From NCBI RefSeq assembly GCF_024521635.1, contig NW_026250429.1, positions 1 to 64,000 on the forward strand: a DNA stretch of 64,000 bases, written 5' to 3'. Each line of letters begins with the position of its first letter. Positions within the stretch are counted from its first letter, which is position 1. This DNA is from Tricharina praecox (taxonomy: Eukaryota). Under the pieces are notes generated by a model that was given only the letters and a program-made list of their open reading frames with translations, did no database searches and had not been told where the DNA came from. The position numbers and the translations under genes were made by a program. Shown piece after piece: positions 24,020 to 37,199 of this stretch.

Positions 24020-25030
24020 CCCATGTCGCCGGCTTTAGCTCTAATACTGACGGCAGTATCTGCAGAACTTGAAATTTTAGATTCGCCGTCGGCAGGAGTG
24101 ATATCTCGAGAGTCTCGGCAGGACTCGCAGGTTTCTTCGTCTCAGCGTTCACGATTTCGTCGGTGGCGGTGGTATGATATAGAGGACGAACTGGCCGAGC
24201 TGTGATAGACCGGTGGACCGGAAGGAATCTCGCATGATCTCTACTCAATCGTCAAAAAACGTCTGCTTGGGGACTGCATCGAGAGATCCCCGTGGTACCT
24301 TAACACGGCAACCGTCTCTGTGGAGCCTGACGGTGTATCTTCGCCGTCAGCAGGAATGAGATCTCGGGAGTCTCTGAAGGAGTCGTAGGCGCCTTGTTCT
24401 TTGCGTTCGCGATTGCTTCCGCGGCGGTAGCATGACATACAGGACGAACCAAACGAGCGGCAGTAGGTCGGTGGATCCAAACGAATCTCGCACCATCTAT
24501 AATCAATCGTCAGCAGACTTCCTTTTAAACGCAGCTTGAAAACTGCATCAAGAAATCCCCGTCGTACCTCAACTCGGCAGCGGTTGCTAGGGGGTTCAAA
24601 CCTCAATACCGGCATCCGTTCGAGGTTGAGCCGTACTTGTGCGTTCCGGTCCGTTGAAACCTCATTTCGGTTATTCTCCACTGACGGCAGTAGCTGTGCA
24701 GCCTGGCAGTGTAGATTCGCCGTTGGCAGCAGTGGAATTTCGGGTGTCTCCATAGGAGTCGCAGGTGTGTTGCTCTCGGCGTTGGCGATTTCTTCCGCGG
24801 CGGTGGCGGGACATCTAGACGAAGCGGACGAGTTGTAGTAGGTCGGTGGCTCGGATGTAATCTCGCATTATCTGTACTCAATCGTCAGAAGACTCCTCCT
24901 TGTAGGCAGCTTGGGAACCGCGTCAAGACATCCCTGTCGTACCTCAACTCGGCACCGGTTGCTAGGGGTTCAAGGCTGGCATCCGTCCAAGGCAGAGCCT
25001 TAGTCGTGCGTTCCGGTCCGGTCAAAACTG
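24020..25030 (-). repeat. Three to four degenerate tandem units (about 260-375 bp) in a decayed reading frame, possibly internal to an LTR element
   Basis: AATCTCGCA...TCAATCGTCA recurs at about 24226, 24484 and 24859; the minus-strand peptide ETPEIxLLxTA recurs. Confidence 0.7.
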
Positions 25031-25591
25031 ATTTCAGGTATTCTATACACCGCCGTAGGAAGTTGGTGTCGAGTCGCCGTGTGAAGATCGTAAGGAGAGG
25101 AGTATCTGCTTACGGAAGCTTCATGGGCGTCGGTTCGAATGAGAATCAAACAACCTGAGGGAGTGCTGTGTGCTGGGAAGACGTATGAGTGCCCCAGGTC
25201 GGAAGCCTGCGAGCGACACGGGGTGATGCTAGCCACTTTGGCACGAGCAGATGCTCCTCCGCATGCACAGTTTCGCCCTTCCTCCCGTAAGCTGACGCTC
25301 AGCTGAAACCGGTCTGGAGTCTTCGTTGCGGGCTGGCTCTGCAGCTTCTTTGCTTTCTCCGCCTATGACACCAGCCGTCGACCAGAGCAGTTCGAAGTGC
25401 CCGCACGTGGGACCCAAAGTGGTATCATGCAGTTGTTGAGGAAATCAGGTGGATACGATCGGAGTTCAGCCTGTTGTATGACGATCGAATGTGGACGCAC
25501 GCTGAAGCTGCAAGATCGAGATTCTGACTGTATATCGAGAGATCTGGGTATGGGGATACGGGGAGACATGAAGTCACCATATCTCACAGGC

Positions 25592-25960
25592 CTTTGTTGT
25601 TTGTTCATTCATCAATTGCATGCGACCTATCGAGATCATGGCGATATCATCTACACGTGCACCCTCCCCCCGTTTCCACGCCAGTGTCTAACCCAACGTT
25701 CTATCTCGCGATACCCGTCTCCACCTTCGCCTCGCACCCGCGCCCTCGAGTCTTCTATGTCACTTGGCTCCCCAACTTCAGCGCCCTGCTCCCCCTCGAC
25801 TTCGGAACCCTCCTCCTCCTCGAATTCGGCACCCTCCTCCTCCACCTCGAGTCGCCTAAGCTCCGCTCTCTCTTCCCGCTCCTGGAGCTCCCACTCGGAT
25901 GCCTCGCTTGTCTCAAAGGTGTTGCAACGCCACAAATGTGCGTGTTGGATATGGCGAAGA
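25592..25960 (-). mobile_element. LINE type B 3' end
   Basis: SEASEWELQEREERAELRRLE C-terminal peptide plus the same 3' tail as 15420-16040. Confidence 0.75.
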
Positions 25961-26084
25961 ATACGATGGTAGGGATGTATCATATCGTGTCTATAGGAGA
26001 TAGAGAGAAGGATAGGGAGTCTCGAAGGTGTAGGAGATAGGGAAGAAGGCCCGTGTCTTCTACCTTAACTAAGCAGACGATTGA

Positions 26085-26345
26085 GCAGGAGAAAGAGATC
26101 TTCCTGTCTTATTTCCCATGCAGCCTATCTAGACTATGGCGAACCCACGACCTCCCTTTTCTGTCCGCCCTGGCCAATCGAGATGAGACCCTCGGTACCG
26201 ACCAGTTCGATGCGGCACCCCACGTCCCCTGCCCATGCGCCACGGGCTGACACCAGCAAAAGTAGATTGACAGTAAAGACCGGTATAGGCGTATATGCCC
26301 GCTCCTCCTGCTGCCCCTTCGCCTCTCTCCGCCGACTTCCGCCTG
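26085..26345 (-). mobile_element. LINE type A 3' end
   Basis: Reverse complement of 6320-6540 (CATGCAGCCTATCTAGACTATGGCGAACC). Confidence 0.8.
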
Positions 26346-28430
26346 TCCTGGGGTTCGTGCATCCGGTACCGCCTGGCCTCCATGTTCCCGCCAACGAAGA
26401 CAGTCACGTAGAGGTCCTTGCTTCGATCTCTATCAGCCCAGGCCAGAATGCCCTCACATATTTCCGCCCCACTGTCCCTTTCTTCTCTGTTCCTTTCCCC
26501 ATCTCGCAGGTGTTGCTGCGCCACAAAATGCGGATCGAAGCAACACCGAGTGACACTCTATGCTTACACATGTCGCAACAACCCCAAGAGAATTAATGCA
26601 TGAAAAAGGGACGATTAACGAGTCGATGTAGCAAAATGGTGGAACGGTTGAAAAGGGGATTGGATCTTGTCGGGGGTGAGCGGGTGAAATCACATTCGCT
26701 GATCATCAGCTTGCGAATCGCGGAAATTATTCGTGCGCATCTACTCCACCACCACTGAACTGACCGGTGGAAGCCTAGCACTGGATTCTCTCAGTTATTC
26801 ACCGACTCTGAACATAGCCGTATACGCGAGTTGGCTGTTTATGTAACGTGAACAGTGTAAAAGAGTGGGTTGTGAGAGTGGCCGGCGGAGTGGGATGGAA
26901 GGGAACTCATGTCCGTTGGTCACGTCATGGTCTTCTTGGAAGCAGAGGCTTGACGGCCAGGATGGAGGAGCAGATTATAGTAAATACTTACAAATGAATC
27001 CTTCCACTTTGCATTGTTATGTTCTAGCCCTACGTCATCCTCCAGACTTTTCAACGGGGTGGGGTGATGCACGTTTCCTTCTGCAGTGGTGGCGATGCTA
27101 TGCGCACTGCCGACTCCCGCATCGTGGCAGGTACATACGATGATGTTGAGGATGGACCCCGCTCTGCAGCAAGCGGACAATGTGATTACACTCGATGTGA
27201 GATCACATGAATAATTTTACTCGAATTAAATACCCGGAAAAACCTGACATCGGAACCCACCGTAGAGTTCAGCTTGAGCTGGGTATGAGACGGGCACAAC
27301 AACTCAGGCGAATCGGTGGGAGGCGAAGGACCTTGAAGGGAGATGTTTACTTTAGGGCTCTCGTGATCCCCCTATTTCGAACGAATACCGAGTCTCCACT
27401 TAGTGATAACTATGAACGCACCCATTTCACCAAAGCCCCCACACAGCTACGAACAGTGGTTTTTTTCCTCGTGATTCGCCCACGACCGGCGTCTTCGGTA
27501 AGTGTAGTTGTGCGGTGCCTATGTAAGTCTCTATACGTTATATGCACCATAGTCTATGGGGTCGTTCATGCTGCACTCCGTGTTGATAGATCAAGTGCGG
27601 AGTGCTCCATTCTCCACAGGTTCTGCGCCAGAATTCTCCTCCGGCGTGAAGACTGGGTTCCTAAGGAGCCAAAAGCCTGAGCATAAGTGGAGACATTTCT
27701 GCACGGCAACATAATCGATTCCCGGAGTGGTTAAAAAGTCTTCGTTTAGGCAATCAGAGTCACTAAAATACATCCACGTCGTGTAGCGAGACGGATGGCG
27801 AAGCACTTTTCACACGTTCGCCTGCTAGGCAATTTGTTGGCGTGGTGGTACCGAACTGTCTGACCGAGCGCGAAAACCATCTAGCCGACCCCGTCTCTCA
27901 CCGGTGCGCATTTACCAACCGAGCACAGGAGCCATACAAAGGATTCTCGAAGCTAAGTTCCTCTAGGAATAATTATTTTTCTCACGGTAATTCTGCATCG
28001 TTCCGTGCATTCTCCTTTCTTTTGTGTATATTTTTGCTGCATCTGGTCGTGGGAGGCACCTACGCGACTTTGTGCGCGTTCTTTTCTGACGTAGAACGCT
28101 CGCTCCCTTCCAGCTCTCCCAGCCCTCCTCCTTCTAAGTTCTTCCTCCACCACTCCCACCACTTCCCAACCACCACCACTTCTTCCCCCACTTCTCCTTT
28201 TCCCCCACCATCCTTCTCTTCCACCTACCCCTCCCCCGCCTCACGGATAGTTCGCTTTCTCTTCACAATTTCTGGTCGCTACAATTTTTCTCTTACACAA
28301 CAACACGCGACTAGCTTTTCGCGATCGTCTCTCGTCGGTCGCGTCGTTGTTGTTCGCACGCTCTAACACCTTTCACTCTACATCCATCAACGTTGCCTAC
28401 ACGCCATTCGACTACCAAAGATTTGTCAAC

Positions 28431-30600
28431 ATGGGAACGTATCGATTCGGTATGTGACATTCCCCCTCTCGATTCGCGCTTGAGTTCCGCATTTATTCGG
28501 TCGTGTGTGATCGCTGACATGTCCTCGTCACAGAGAACGCGACTTCCAGCCGCGCCAAATGCAAGGCGACCACGTGCGGCCATGACAAGATCCTCAAGGA
28601 TGAGCTCCGCCAGGGCACCTTCGTCACGATTCGCGGTGTCGAAAAGGGCACCTGGGCCTGGAGGCACTGGTCGGTTGCCCTCTTTCCTACTCGATTCGTT
28701 GTGGCGCGACTAACTCGATGCTTGCGTGTAGGGGCTGTGTTACGGCGAAGCAGATGTCCAACATCAAGGCGTCGTTGATGGACGGCGACAACATCAACTG
28801 GGACCTCTGCGACGGACTCGAGGAACTTACGGAGGATGACAAGGTGAAAGTTCGCGAAGCGATTCAGCGTGGATGGGTTGCCGATGACGATTGGCGCGGT
28901 GTATGTACTCTCTTCATCAGTTGTTGCCACGAATTGGACTAATAATATTGATAGGTCCTGGCCGGAAACCGCCCTGATTTCCCTAAAGCCCCACGCAGCA
29001 AGAAAGGATCCAAGGCGGATGGAGACGAAGATGATGGCAATGACGCGGCCATCGCATCCAAGGCTTCGGCTTCGGGTTCCAAACCTGATACCAAGGGTCG
29101 CGGAAAAGCCAACAAGAATGAAGAACCAGACGTCACGGATGACGCGGATGCCGGTTTCGACTCTAAGGCGAAATCACCTACTTCTTCTGACGCTATCAAG
29201 AAGGTGGAGTCTGACGATGACGCGGTCGTTGAGGAGAAATCCGGAAAGACCAAGTTAGTTGCATTCCCCGGTTTTTTTTTCTTCTTTCGTTGAATCGTAC
29301 TAACACGCTACAGAGAACCTGTGAAGAAGTCTCGCACTTCTTTGTCAAAGTCCAAGAAGAATGAGGTTGCCGCGGACACCCCCGAGGACGAAGCCGAGGA
29401 GGTTGCACCTAAGCGTGGTCGCCCCAAGAAGTCGGCCGACTCTAAAGCGGAGAAGGCGGTCCCCAAGGAATCGGCTCGCTCGTCCGGCCGTGCCAAGAAC
29501 GTCAAGTCATACAAGGAAGTGAACGAAGAATCGGCGGAGTCAGCCGAGGAACCTCCCAAGAAGGTTGTTGCCAAGCGCGGACGTGCCCCCAAGAGCAAAG
29601 AAGTGAAGTCTGCTGGCGACAAAGACGACTCTAAAGCTGACAATGCTCACGAGAAACCTGATTCGTCGGAGAGCAAGACCGGCGAAGTTGACGAGGTCAA
29701 GAAGCCGGCCAAACGTGGTCGGAAGGCCAAGGAGGTTAAAGCCCCCGAAGTCGAGAAGGATCAAGACGTCGAGACCAACACCGACCCCGAGAAAGCTCCC
29801 GCCAAACGTGGCCGCAAGGCAAAAGCAACCACGGATGACAACAAAATCGAAAAGACGGCCGACGTGGAGGAGCCGAAGAAGGTTCCGGCGAAGCGCGGCC
29901 GCAAGCCGAAGGAAGTCGTCGCCAAGGACTCTTCTGCCGATGCCGAGTCTGAGGACCCCACCAAGACTGAAGTTTCGAAAGAGGAAACCGAGATCGCCGA
30001 GACCTCTCAACCGAAGAAGGCGCCGGCCAAGCGCGTCCGCAAACCGAAGGAAGTTGTCGCCAAGGACTCTTCGGCCGATGCGGAACCCGAGGCGAACCCC
30101 AAGGCTTCTGCTAAGAGTCCTAAGGCGAAGGCAGTTGGCACCAAGAGTTCGGACTCCGACTCAGTCGACCAAGTCGAGCAAGATGTCAAGGTTCCTGCTA
30201 AGCGCGGCCGCAAGCCCGCTGTCAAGGCTGACGCCGGTTCCACCAAGGAGTCATCCACCGTCCCTAACAAGGCTTCCGCCAAGCGTGAGGCGAAGGCGAA
30301 TGCTCCCAAGCACTCCGAAGCTACCGTTACCAAAGAAGTGAACTCAACTAAGGTTGCGGATCCCGAGCACATGGATGTTGACTCCGACGTCAACTCCGAC
30401 GTCACCAAGAAACCTTCCGTCAAGAAGGTCCAGAAGCGCAAAGCGACGGAGGATCATGACGACTCCGCGGAGGATCCCAAGAAAAAGTAATTTTTCCTTT
30501 CTTTACCACACGCAGAGAATTTAGGCTGACATTCCCCGGCAGAGCTGTTGCACCTCCCAAGAAGCGTGGCCGTCCTGCAAAAAAAGCTGCCGAAGAGTAG
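28431..30600 (+). CDS. PARP-type zinc-finger protein with long Lys/Glu-rich AT-hook tail (Hpz1-like); 6 exons
   Basis: Spliced MGTYRFENATSSRAKCKATTC...KILKDELRQGTFVTI...WAWRHWGCVTAKQ...DGLEELTEDDKVKVREAIQRG is a zf-PARP (C-x4-C...H-W-x-C). Canonical introns at 28450-28533 and about 28670-28731, 28901-28954, 29254-29313, 30487-30542; repeated KRGRP/KRGRK motifs; stop TAG at 30600. Confidence 0.9.
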
Positions 30601-31440
30601 GTCTTGCGAAATCTAGATTCATGCGCGCGGTATCCAAATCTGTGATTCCTGGGATACTTTCCTCGCGTTCGAGTTGTTTTTCTACTGGGCTGTTCATTTC
30701 TATCTTGTTTCTTGCTTAGGGATACCGCATGGTGGGTGGCAACTGGAAAAATCTGGTTTTCATGATGTGTACTTTTCTAGAAATCATAGCGACCATTTCT
30801 GATACCAATTTACCTGCTTTAATCGTTTTTTTTTCGCGTGCTTGGTTCTCGAACTCCGTCATGAACAGCCCCACCTCCATCCACCCTTCCCTCCATATAT
30901 TACATACTAATACTGCTCTAGGAAAACTTCCGCCGTCGCCGCCGTTATCACCCAAAACCACGCCGGCGGCAAAAAGCAGGCCTCCCTCACTCCCTCGGAA
31001 GACGACGCACCGATGATGGATGGCGACCCGTTCACATCGCCGGCAGTCATCGGGATCTCGGAGAGAAACAGTATTTTCTAGGACCGATTACGACGACTAG
31101 ATGAAGAGTGGCCGGCATAGAAATGGTGAAGTTTGTTTACACGGCTCGGTGCGGCGGGCGAGTGGGTGTTGATTGCGGATCGTGTTTTGCGGGCATGGGG
31201 GGGGGGGGGGGTGGTGGATCCGGGGGTGTGGGTGCAGAGTCTAGACTTCCTCTGCTTTCGTTCTGTTTTGGGTACATAGATTGAAGAGACTGCGAGTTGA
31301 ACCTGCGAAATAGGAACTGGTATTCGGGCGGAAGCTGTCTGTTACTGACTTTAACGTCACATGTACTAAAATTGTCATAATATCACGAACTTCCTTGTAC
31401 CGCGTCATGCGAGGTCACTCTGGCTTCCGTTTTCCGTCCT

Positions 31441-32423
31441 TGTTGCGATTCTCGCAGGAACGAGGGAACGGCGGAGCACCTATTCAAGAACTTCGCTCAG
31501 TGGAGGGAGCAACAGAAGATCCTGTGGACCGAGGTGGGAAAGAGGACTGGCCAAGGGAAGCATAGGTTTAAGATCAGGGACCTCTTTGCCAACTAAGATT
31601 GCAGCATGGCCGTCCTCCACTTCCTCACCACCACAGACGTGGGCCGGCGGATGCCCCCCCTCGGGGTAGAGCAACAGGAATTTCCGAGCCAGACATCTGA
31701 CTTGGCAGCGGCAGCGGCGGATCCCACTTACCCCATAGCAGGAGAAGAGAGCGAAGGAGCGAGAGCGGTGGCAGCGGAGAGAGTGGTGGCAGCAGAGGAG
31801 AGGCGACAGGCTGGGGAACATCTTCCCCCCCAAACCTCGCACCGTCGGCATCAGACACCCCAACTCCAACCCCAACGAGGGCCTCGGGAAGAGTACGGGT
31901 TAGTCGGCAGGAGATTTCGGCATACGCGGAGAGAGAAGAGGCGTTAGACAGGCTTGAGGAGCTGTCTAGGAGGTTTGAGGTTGGGTTTCGAGAAAGACTG
32001 ACGCTTTTCCTTTCCGTTCCATTTTGTCATCTCATTTGTTCTTCTTTCTTTCTATCTTTCCCTTTGTTATGCGCGGATGGGTCGGGCGGAGGGCAATAGG
32101 GAACCCGCAAGAGCTCGTTACTAGCGGTCGGAGACAGTGGGGTGGAACTAGACGTGTGTTTAGCCATGATCTGCAAAGGTCGAATGCTACAATGATGAAA
32201 CAGAAAAACGGAACGGCGGAACTTCATTGGTTGTCACTCGTGCAGGATCCGGGTGCAGATTTGTCATGTTGGTAATACGCGCAGTGCGCGTCTTGGCAAT
32301 CCTGTTTATGCTCATACTTGCTTCTTCTTCTTCTTCTTCTGCTTCTGTCTGGTATGTCTGGCTGGTCGTCCGCTGTGTTTTTGCGACCAAGTCAAGCAAT
32401 CGAACACACATATTTTCTCAACA
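31441..32423. mobile_element. Solo LTR family B nested in LTR-A
   Basis: TGTTG...CAACA ends; flanks GTCCT/GCTCT are each one change from GTTCT in intact LTR-A. Confidence 0.88.
31476..32209 (+). mobile_element. 5'-truncated LINE nested in LTR-B
   Basis: HLFKNFAQWREQQKILWTEVGKRTGQGKHRFKIRDLFAN*DCSMAVLHFLTTTDVGRR; A-rich end; perfect 11-bp TSD GGAACGGCGGA (31465-31475, 32210-32220). Confidence 0.92.
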
Positions 32424-33485
32424 GCTCTCACGGAGGTAGCGAGCGACGGCGAGCGGCCTCTATCTGAGGCATTCCCGCGCTTTCTTCTACATAAGCCTTT
32501 CTTCCTGCTGAGTCTGATACACTGTACATTACTTCAAAATACCACTTTTCTTGACAAAAATCCCGTGACACGATTCGAACCAGAAACCATGAATGGCTAA
32601 AATCTTGCTCTGCTCACATGACCTTGAAGAGGTGACCGATTAGACAGCGGTGTACGGCTATTACGTGATCGATTTAACAGTGATGTACGATAATGAGATA
32701 CTGTCGGGAATGCGAAATAGTTAGGGCATAGGCGGGGATGGTGGATCGGGGGGTGTGGGTGTGGACTTCCTCTGCTTTCGTTGTTTTGAATACATATATT
32801 GAAGAAACGGCGGGTTGGACCTGCAAACTGGGAACTGGTACTCGGGCGGAAGCTGTCTCTTGCTGATTGTAACATCACATGCATTAGGGAAAATCCCGTT
32901 ACCCAAACCGAACCAGAAATTATGAATGCCTAAAATTTTGCGCTGCCCGCATGACCACGATGAGGTGACCGATTAGACAGAGATGTACGTACGATTAATA
33001 ATCACTTTCGGGAACGCGAAATAATCGGCCGGCGATGGGGAGATTTGTACGATTTAGGAAGCTCTCGCAGCCCGTGCGCAGGTGGATATTGGAGGTGTTT
33101 GCACACGACCAAACAAATGGGATATCCACAGGGCCGGTATGAATAAGGTACATGGATATGTTTGCGAATCTCGTGGTGCGTTTGCAGTTCTTTTCGCGCG
33201 TTTGCTGAGCTACCTACCACATGCATTCTCACCAAGTTTGCTTCCGCAGGCTAGTCCTCACAAGTCATTCAATGCACGGCATCAACACACGTCACCTGTT
33301 CGCCGAGTCGGCTCAATTTTTAGGGTACTCTCGCGGTGGCCCTAGTTTGCCCTAGCCCGCCTACCCCCTGCCTACCTCCCGCCCCACTTATAAATTAGAA
33401 TATTTCTTCTTCCCACACCACAACTTCTCACAATACACTTTTCCATCTTTGGACTCCTTCATCATCTTACAACAACACTTTGGCA

Positions 33486-34560
33486 ATGGTGTATTTGACT
33501 GTGCCGTCTCGCCGAGAACTTTCATCATGGTATTTACCCTCGTTCTGCTTCTTCTAGGTGGCCGGCAGGTGTGTCGCGATGGAATAGTCTGTCAAAACCA
33601 TTGCCCTAATCCGTCTAATCGGTCATTGCCAGAAGATCTCTACGGCATACCTTTCGACAACAATGGAAAACACTCTTTCCACATGCCGCTGCCGCGTATG
33701 TCTACGCCGAGACTGCCGAGACTGCCGAGACTGCCGAGACTGCCGAGACTGCCGAGGACGAAGCGGATGATGGACTAGGTGGCCCCGCGCCCGAGGCGCT
33801 CGAGATGGCCATCCCATCTTGTACCTGCCCTGGACGGGCACCGCGTTGTCGCGGCATTGGTGTTGGAGGTATGTGCACCGACCAATCCAGTTCAACGAAA
33901 CGGTAGCAAAAAACAAGTTTCGCTTTTACAAATACTGACGGGCTCGTGGATAAATTCACTAGATTGATATCTCCCTACTTCGTTCTGAACGCCCCACTAT
34001 TACTACCAAACCTACTACCTTAAATGTTTCCCGCCGGTGGGCAGTGATACCATATACCACGAAAGTGGCGCGGTTTACCGGCAATCAACATGGCGCCCCG
34101 AATGCTACATGATCCATCGGGGCCTGCGGCCGGTTGTTGGCTACAACTCCAATACTTGGACGACCGGTGCGAGATAGTTAGTCCCGCGGCATGCCGCCAA
34201 GTACGTAACCAATGAAATTTCTGGGCTCTTGAAATCGTATTCAAATCGGTTAAAACTAATCAATCGTGCGTATTACTCGCGCAGATGATATCTGCATCTG
34301 TGTGGTTGAATGAACCGCAAGCACAGCGATTATGATCGCCAAATGCTGAGCAACATTCCCGCCGGCCAAGAAGCTCGACGACGATATAGCCGGCCGGCAA
34401 AGATGCCCGCCGGGGTAGAGGATATTGTGGGGGGTCGACGGAAGGGGCTCGGCAGCAACAGAGGTCGCCGGCCGGCGAAGAAGGCCGCCAGGGAAACAGA
34501 TACCGGCGGGGGGAGGAGAAAGACGAAGAAGATCATTAGAATTTCTTTTGGACTGGTGAC
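33486..34560 (+). pseudogene. Intron-containing gene remnant, unknown product
   Basis: TATAAA at about 33389; three plausible introns (GTGTGT..TCTAAT..CAG, GTATGT..TACTGAC..TAG, GTACGT..AACTAAT..CAG); (CTGCCGAGA)x5 at about 33705-33757. No clean ORF. Confidence 0.3.
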
Positions 34561-35511
34561 TTGAGCTTCTATACCTACCGTTTTCGGCGGAGAAACTAGA
34601 GGCGTGATGTGTTTTTTATTTTCTTTTCTTTTAGTGGGGTTTGGCGGAAACAAATTTGGATTTGTACATATGTTTTTTATGGACGGTGGTGTAGGAATAG
34701 GGAACCGGTATCGAGCTCGCGGCCTGTGGTAGCCGCGTGGAAACGGATATGTAATCTACCATTATCTACTGAAGTCGAATGCAATGATGATTTTTTTTAC
34801 TAACAGCATGGGGCTAGAACGATGGGGGTTATCATTTATATCTACTGAAGACCTGCAACTGCTTAGCACTTCAAAATAACGCCGATTGACCACCTCAAGA
34901 CTCTGTAAATCCGATCCAACAGGTATTAATGCGGTGGAGTAACCATGTCTATAGCTGCGAAGCAGTACTAAGTATGCTGTTAGTTGGGTGGATACGCGTA
35001 AGTATGTGGTCGTCAGTGATTTCTAGACTGCAGTGCACACTGCAGGTTGTCGACAAATGTTCATTCAAGAAGCCAGTGTAAACAGTTGGGGCCTTCAACT
35101 GCGTCAAATATGGGGAGTAAACTGTACCATCCACCAATGTGACCGCCGGAAAACTAACCGATTCGCATAGGATAATCCACACGCGAACTGAACCAGTTGA
35201 TTGGCTCGACCCAGTTTAACGAGGTACCTCGATACCTGTCGAAAAAATGAGACTGAGCTATCGCGGAGTGGACTGGCTGGACCGAGGGGAAGATGTCTAA
35301 GTAATGGATTCGAACAAGGCGAAGTACAGACATGCATATTTCCCACCCATTGGCGATGTGGCGATGTGGCGGTGTAGAGGTGAGGCGGCGCTGTTATGCT
35401 GGTGTGGCAGTGTGGCGAAAATTCAAAGTGGCGCTAGCAAGCATGCAGTCGTTTGAGGTGGCACGACCTCGGTTCGGACATCTCTGGTTACTTTCCCCGC
35501 TGTCTCAGGCG

Positions 35512-35514
<3 letters not shown>

Positions 35515-35556
<42 letters not shown>

Positions 35557-35640
35557 TCCTTTTTGTTTCGCATGCAGCCTATCTAGACTACGTGGAACCG
35601 TCGCACTACTTTTCTGCTTAGGCGGCAAGGCAAACACCCA
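35515..35640 (-). mobile_element. Very short LINE type A 3' end with (TC)n tail ((GA)n on + strand)
   Basis: (GA)n at 35516-35553 abuts TCTTCCTTTTGTTTCGCATGCAGCCTATCTAGACTA. Confidence 0.8.
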
Positions 35641-35647
35641 ACGTAAA

Positions 35648-35905
35648 TGTTACGATTCTCTCGGGACGGAACGATGAAATCGATGGAATGACGGAACCTC
35701 ATTGGTTGTCACTCGGCTCTTGCAGAATATCCAGGCAGAATATGCGGGCAGCTTGGTCATGTTGGAAATACGCGCGTGTCTTGGGAATCCTGTTTATTCT
35801 CATACTTGCTTCTTCTTCTCTGCTTCTGTCTGGTATGTCTAGCTGGTCGTCCGCTGTGTTTTGCGAATAAGTCAAGCAATCGAACACAAACTGACACTCT
35901 CAACA
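35648..35905. mobile_element. Solo LTR family B, uninterrupted (258 bp)
   Basis: TGTTA...CAACA ends, TSD GTAAA/GTGAA. Confidence 0.9.
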
Positions 35906-36009
35906 GTGAAGATCGACCTTCCCGCGAATGCTAATACGTGTCCGATCGCGCTGCATCACTCGCAAGCACCATCGATATCCAGATGAACTATCCCATTCCT
36001 TCCAGTGTC

Positions 36010-36422
36010 AAATCCTATGGTTTCTAGGAACGACGGATGTGGGGAGGAAAGCTCCACCAGACCTGGAGGAGGAGGATGAGGAGGAGGCAAGCATCGCATC
36101 GAAGGCAGACCAAGAGTGCTCAGCAGGGTACTGCCTCTGCGCCCGATGCGAGAAAGTAGGAGATGAAGATACGAGGCGGGGGAGAGACGAGGGGGCAGCA
36201 GGAGGAGCTTGTATGTGGGCCCATACCGGTCTTTACTGTCAGTCTACTTTTGGCTTGGGGCGGCCCGAGGCAGATGGAGAGGGAAAATGGGGCGCCGCAT
36301 CGGGCGAGCCGGTACCGGGGCTTTCACCTCGACTGGCCAGGGCGAGCAGGCAACGAAGTTCGTTGGTTCGCCATAGTCTAGATAGGCTGGATGCGAAATA
36401 AAATAGGAAGATCTCTCTCTCT
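36010..36422 (+). mobile_element. 5'-truncated LINE type A
   Basis: ILWFLGTTDVGRKAPPDLEEEDEEE; aligns with 6135-6540; ends GCGAAATAAATAGGAAGATCTCTCTCT. Confidence 0.85.
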
Positions 36423-37059
36423 TCTCAGAGTTGTCAATCGTGCTCAATCGTACTCGGGATGGAGGTGCTTGGGATGGAGGTGTGTGGGATGAAGGTCCTC
36501 GAGGTAGAGGTGCTCGACTCGCGGGTGATAGAGGCAGGCCCAAGGAGGTGGGCTGTCGAGGGTCAATTGTACTTGGCAGGTTGCAGACGTGCAGTGATAG
36601 TGACAGGTTGTAGTGTCGGCGGTGGCAGAGGAGACGGAGGTGACGGAGGTGGGCTGTCGAGGGCTTTCGAGGGTCAATTGCACTCGCCAGGTTGCAGACT
36701 TGCAGTGGCGGTGGTGACCCAGCACACTCGATCGCGGGTGATATGCGCGAGGCTTGCTTCTCGAAATTTTCAATCATGCTCGGGATGGAGATGCTCGACT
36801 CACGAGAGGTGGTGGACGTGCTCGACTCATGGGCGACGGAGGTGGGCTGTCGAGGAGGTGGGCTGTCGAGAGTGACGGAGGTGGGCTGTCGAAGTTCAAT
36901 TGCACTTAGCAGGTTGTAGTCGTTGTAGTAGTGGGGTGGGGGAGGTGGTGGGTGGTGGGGTGGTCGGCCTAACATCACCCTCGACCACGAGCCATAGGTT
37001 GTGTTAGTCGAACGAGGGTGTTATGCACGAGGCTTGCTTCTCACAGTTGCCGGCGCCAC

Positions 37060-37180
37060 ATCGTGCTGGCTGGTAACGGGATCCCAACTCCCAGCCGACC
37101 AGAGTGGGCAGGAAAGGAGTGCGACGGTTCGCCATACTCTAGATAGGCTGCACGCGAAATAAAACAGGAAAACTCTCTCA
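37060..37180 (+). mobile_element. Short LINE type A 3' end
   Basis: GCGACGGTTCGCCATACTCTAGATAGGCTGCACGCGAAATAAAACAGGAAAACTCTCTC. Confidence 0.75.
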
Positions 37181-37199
37181 TCATGCTCACCGGATGGTG

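Larger units (their letters stand above)
31373..32556. mobile_element. Solo LTR family A (inverted relative to 14776) with nested insertions
   Basis: TGTCA...TGACA ends, perfect TSD AAAAT, and an empty site in the neighbouring duplicate (about 32890). Confidence 0.92.
31200..33020. repeat. Tandem duplication of an about 300-bp unit; first copy split by nested elements
   Basis: 31200-31372 joined to 32557-32720 aligns with 32735-33020 (GACTTCCTCTGCTTTCGTT, CGGGCGGAAGCTGTCT, GAGGTGACCGATTAGACAG). Confidence 0.88.

Noticed and set aside
22600..25590. Possible Gypsy gag zinc knuckle (about 25200-25300 minus) and RNase H remnants (22700-23000)
   Set aside because: Motifs are too decayed to call; only the tandem units are reported.
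29308..30441. Long antisense and alternate-frame ORFs over the zf-PARP gene (similar ones overlap the Hsp70 and AKR genes)
   Set aside because: Shadow ORFs of GC3-rich coding sequence.
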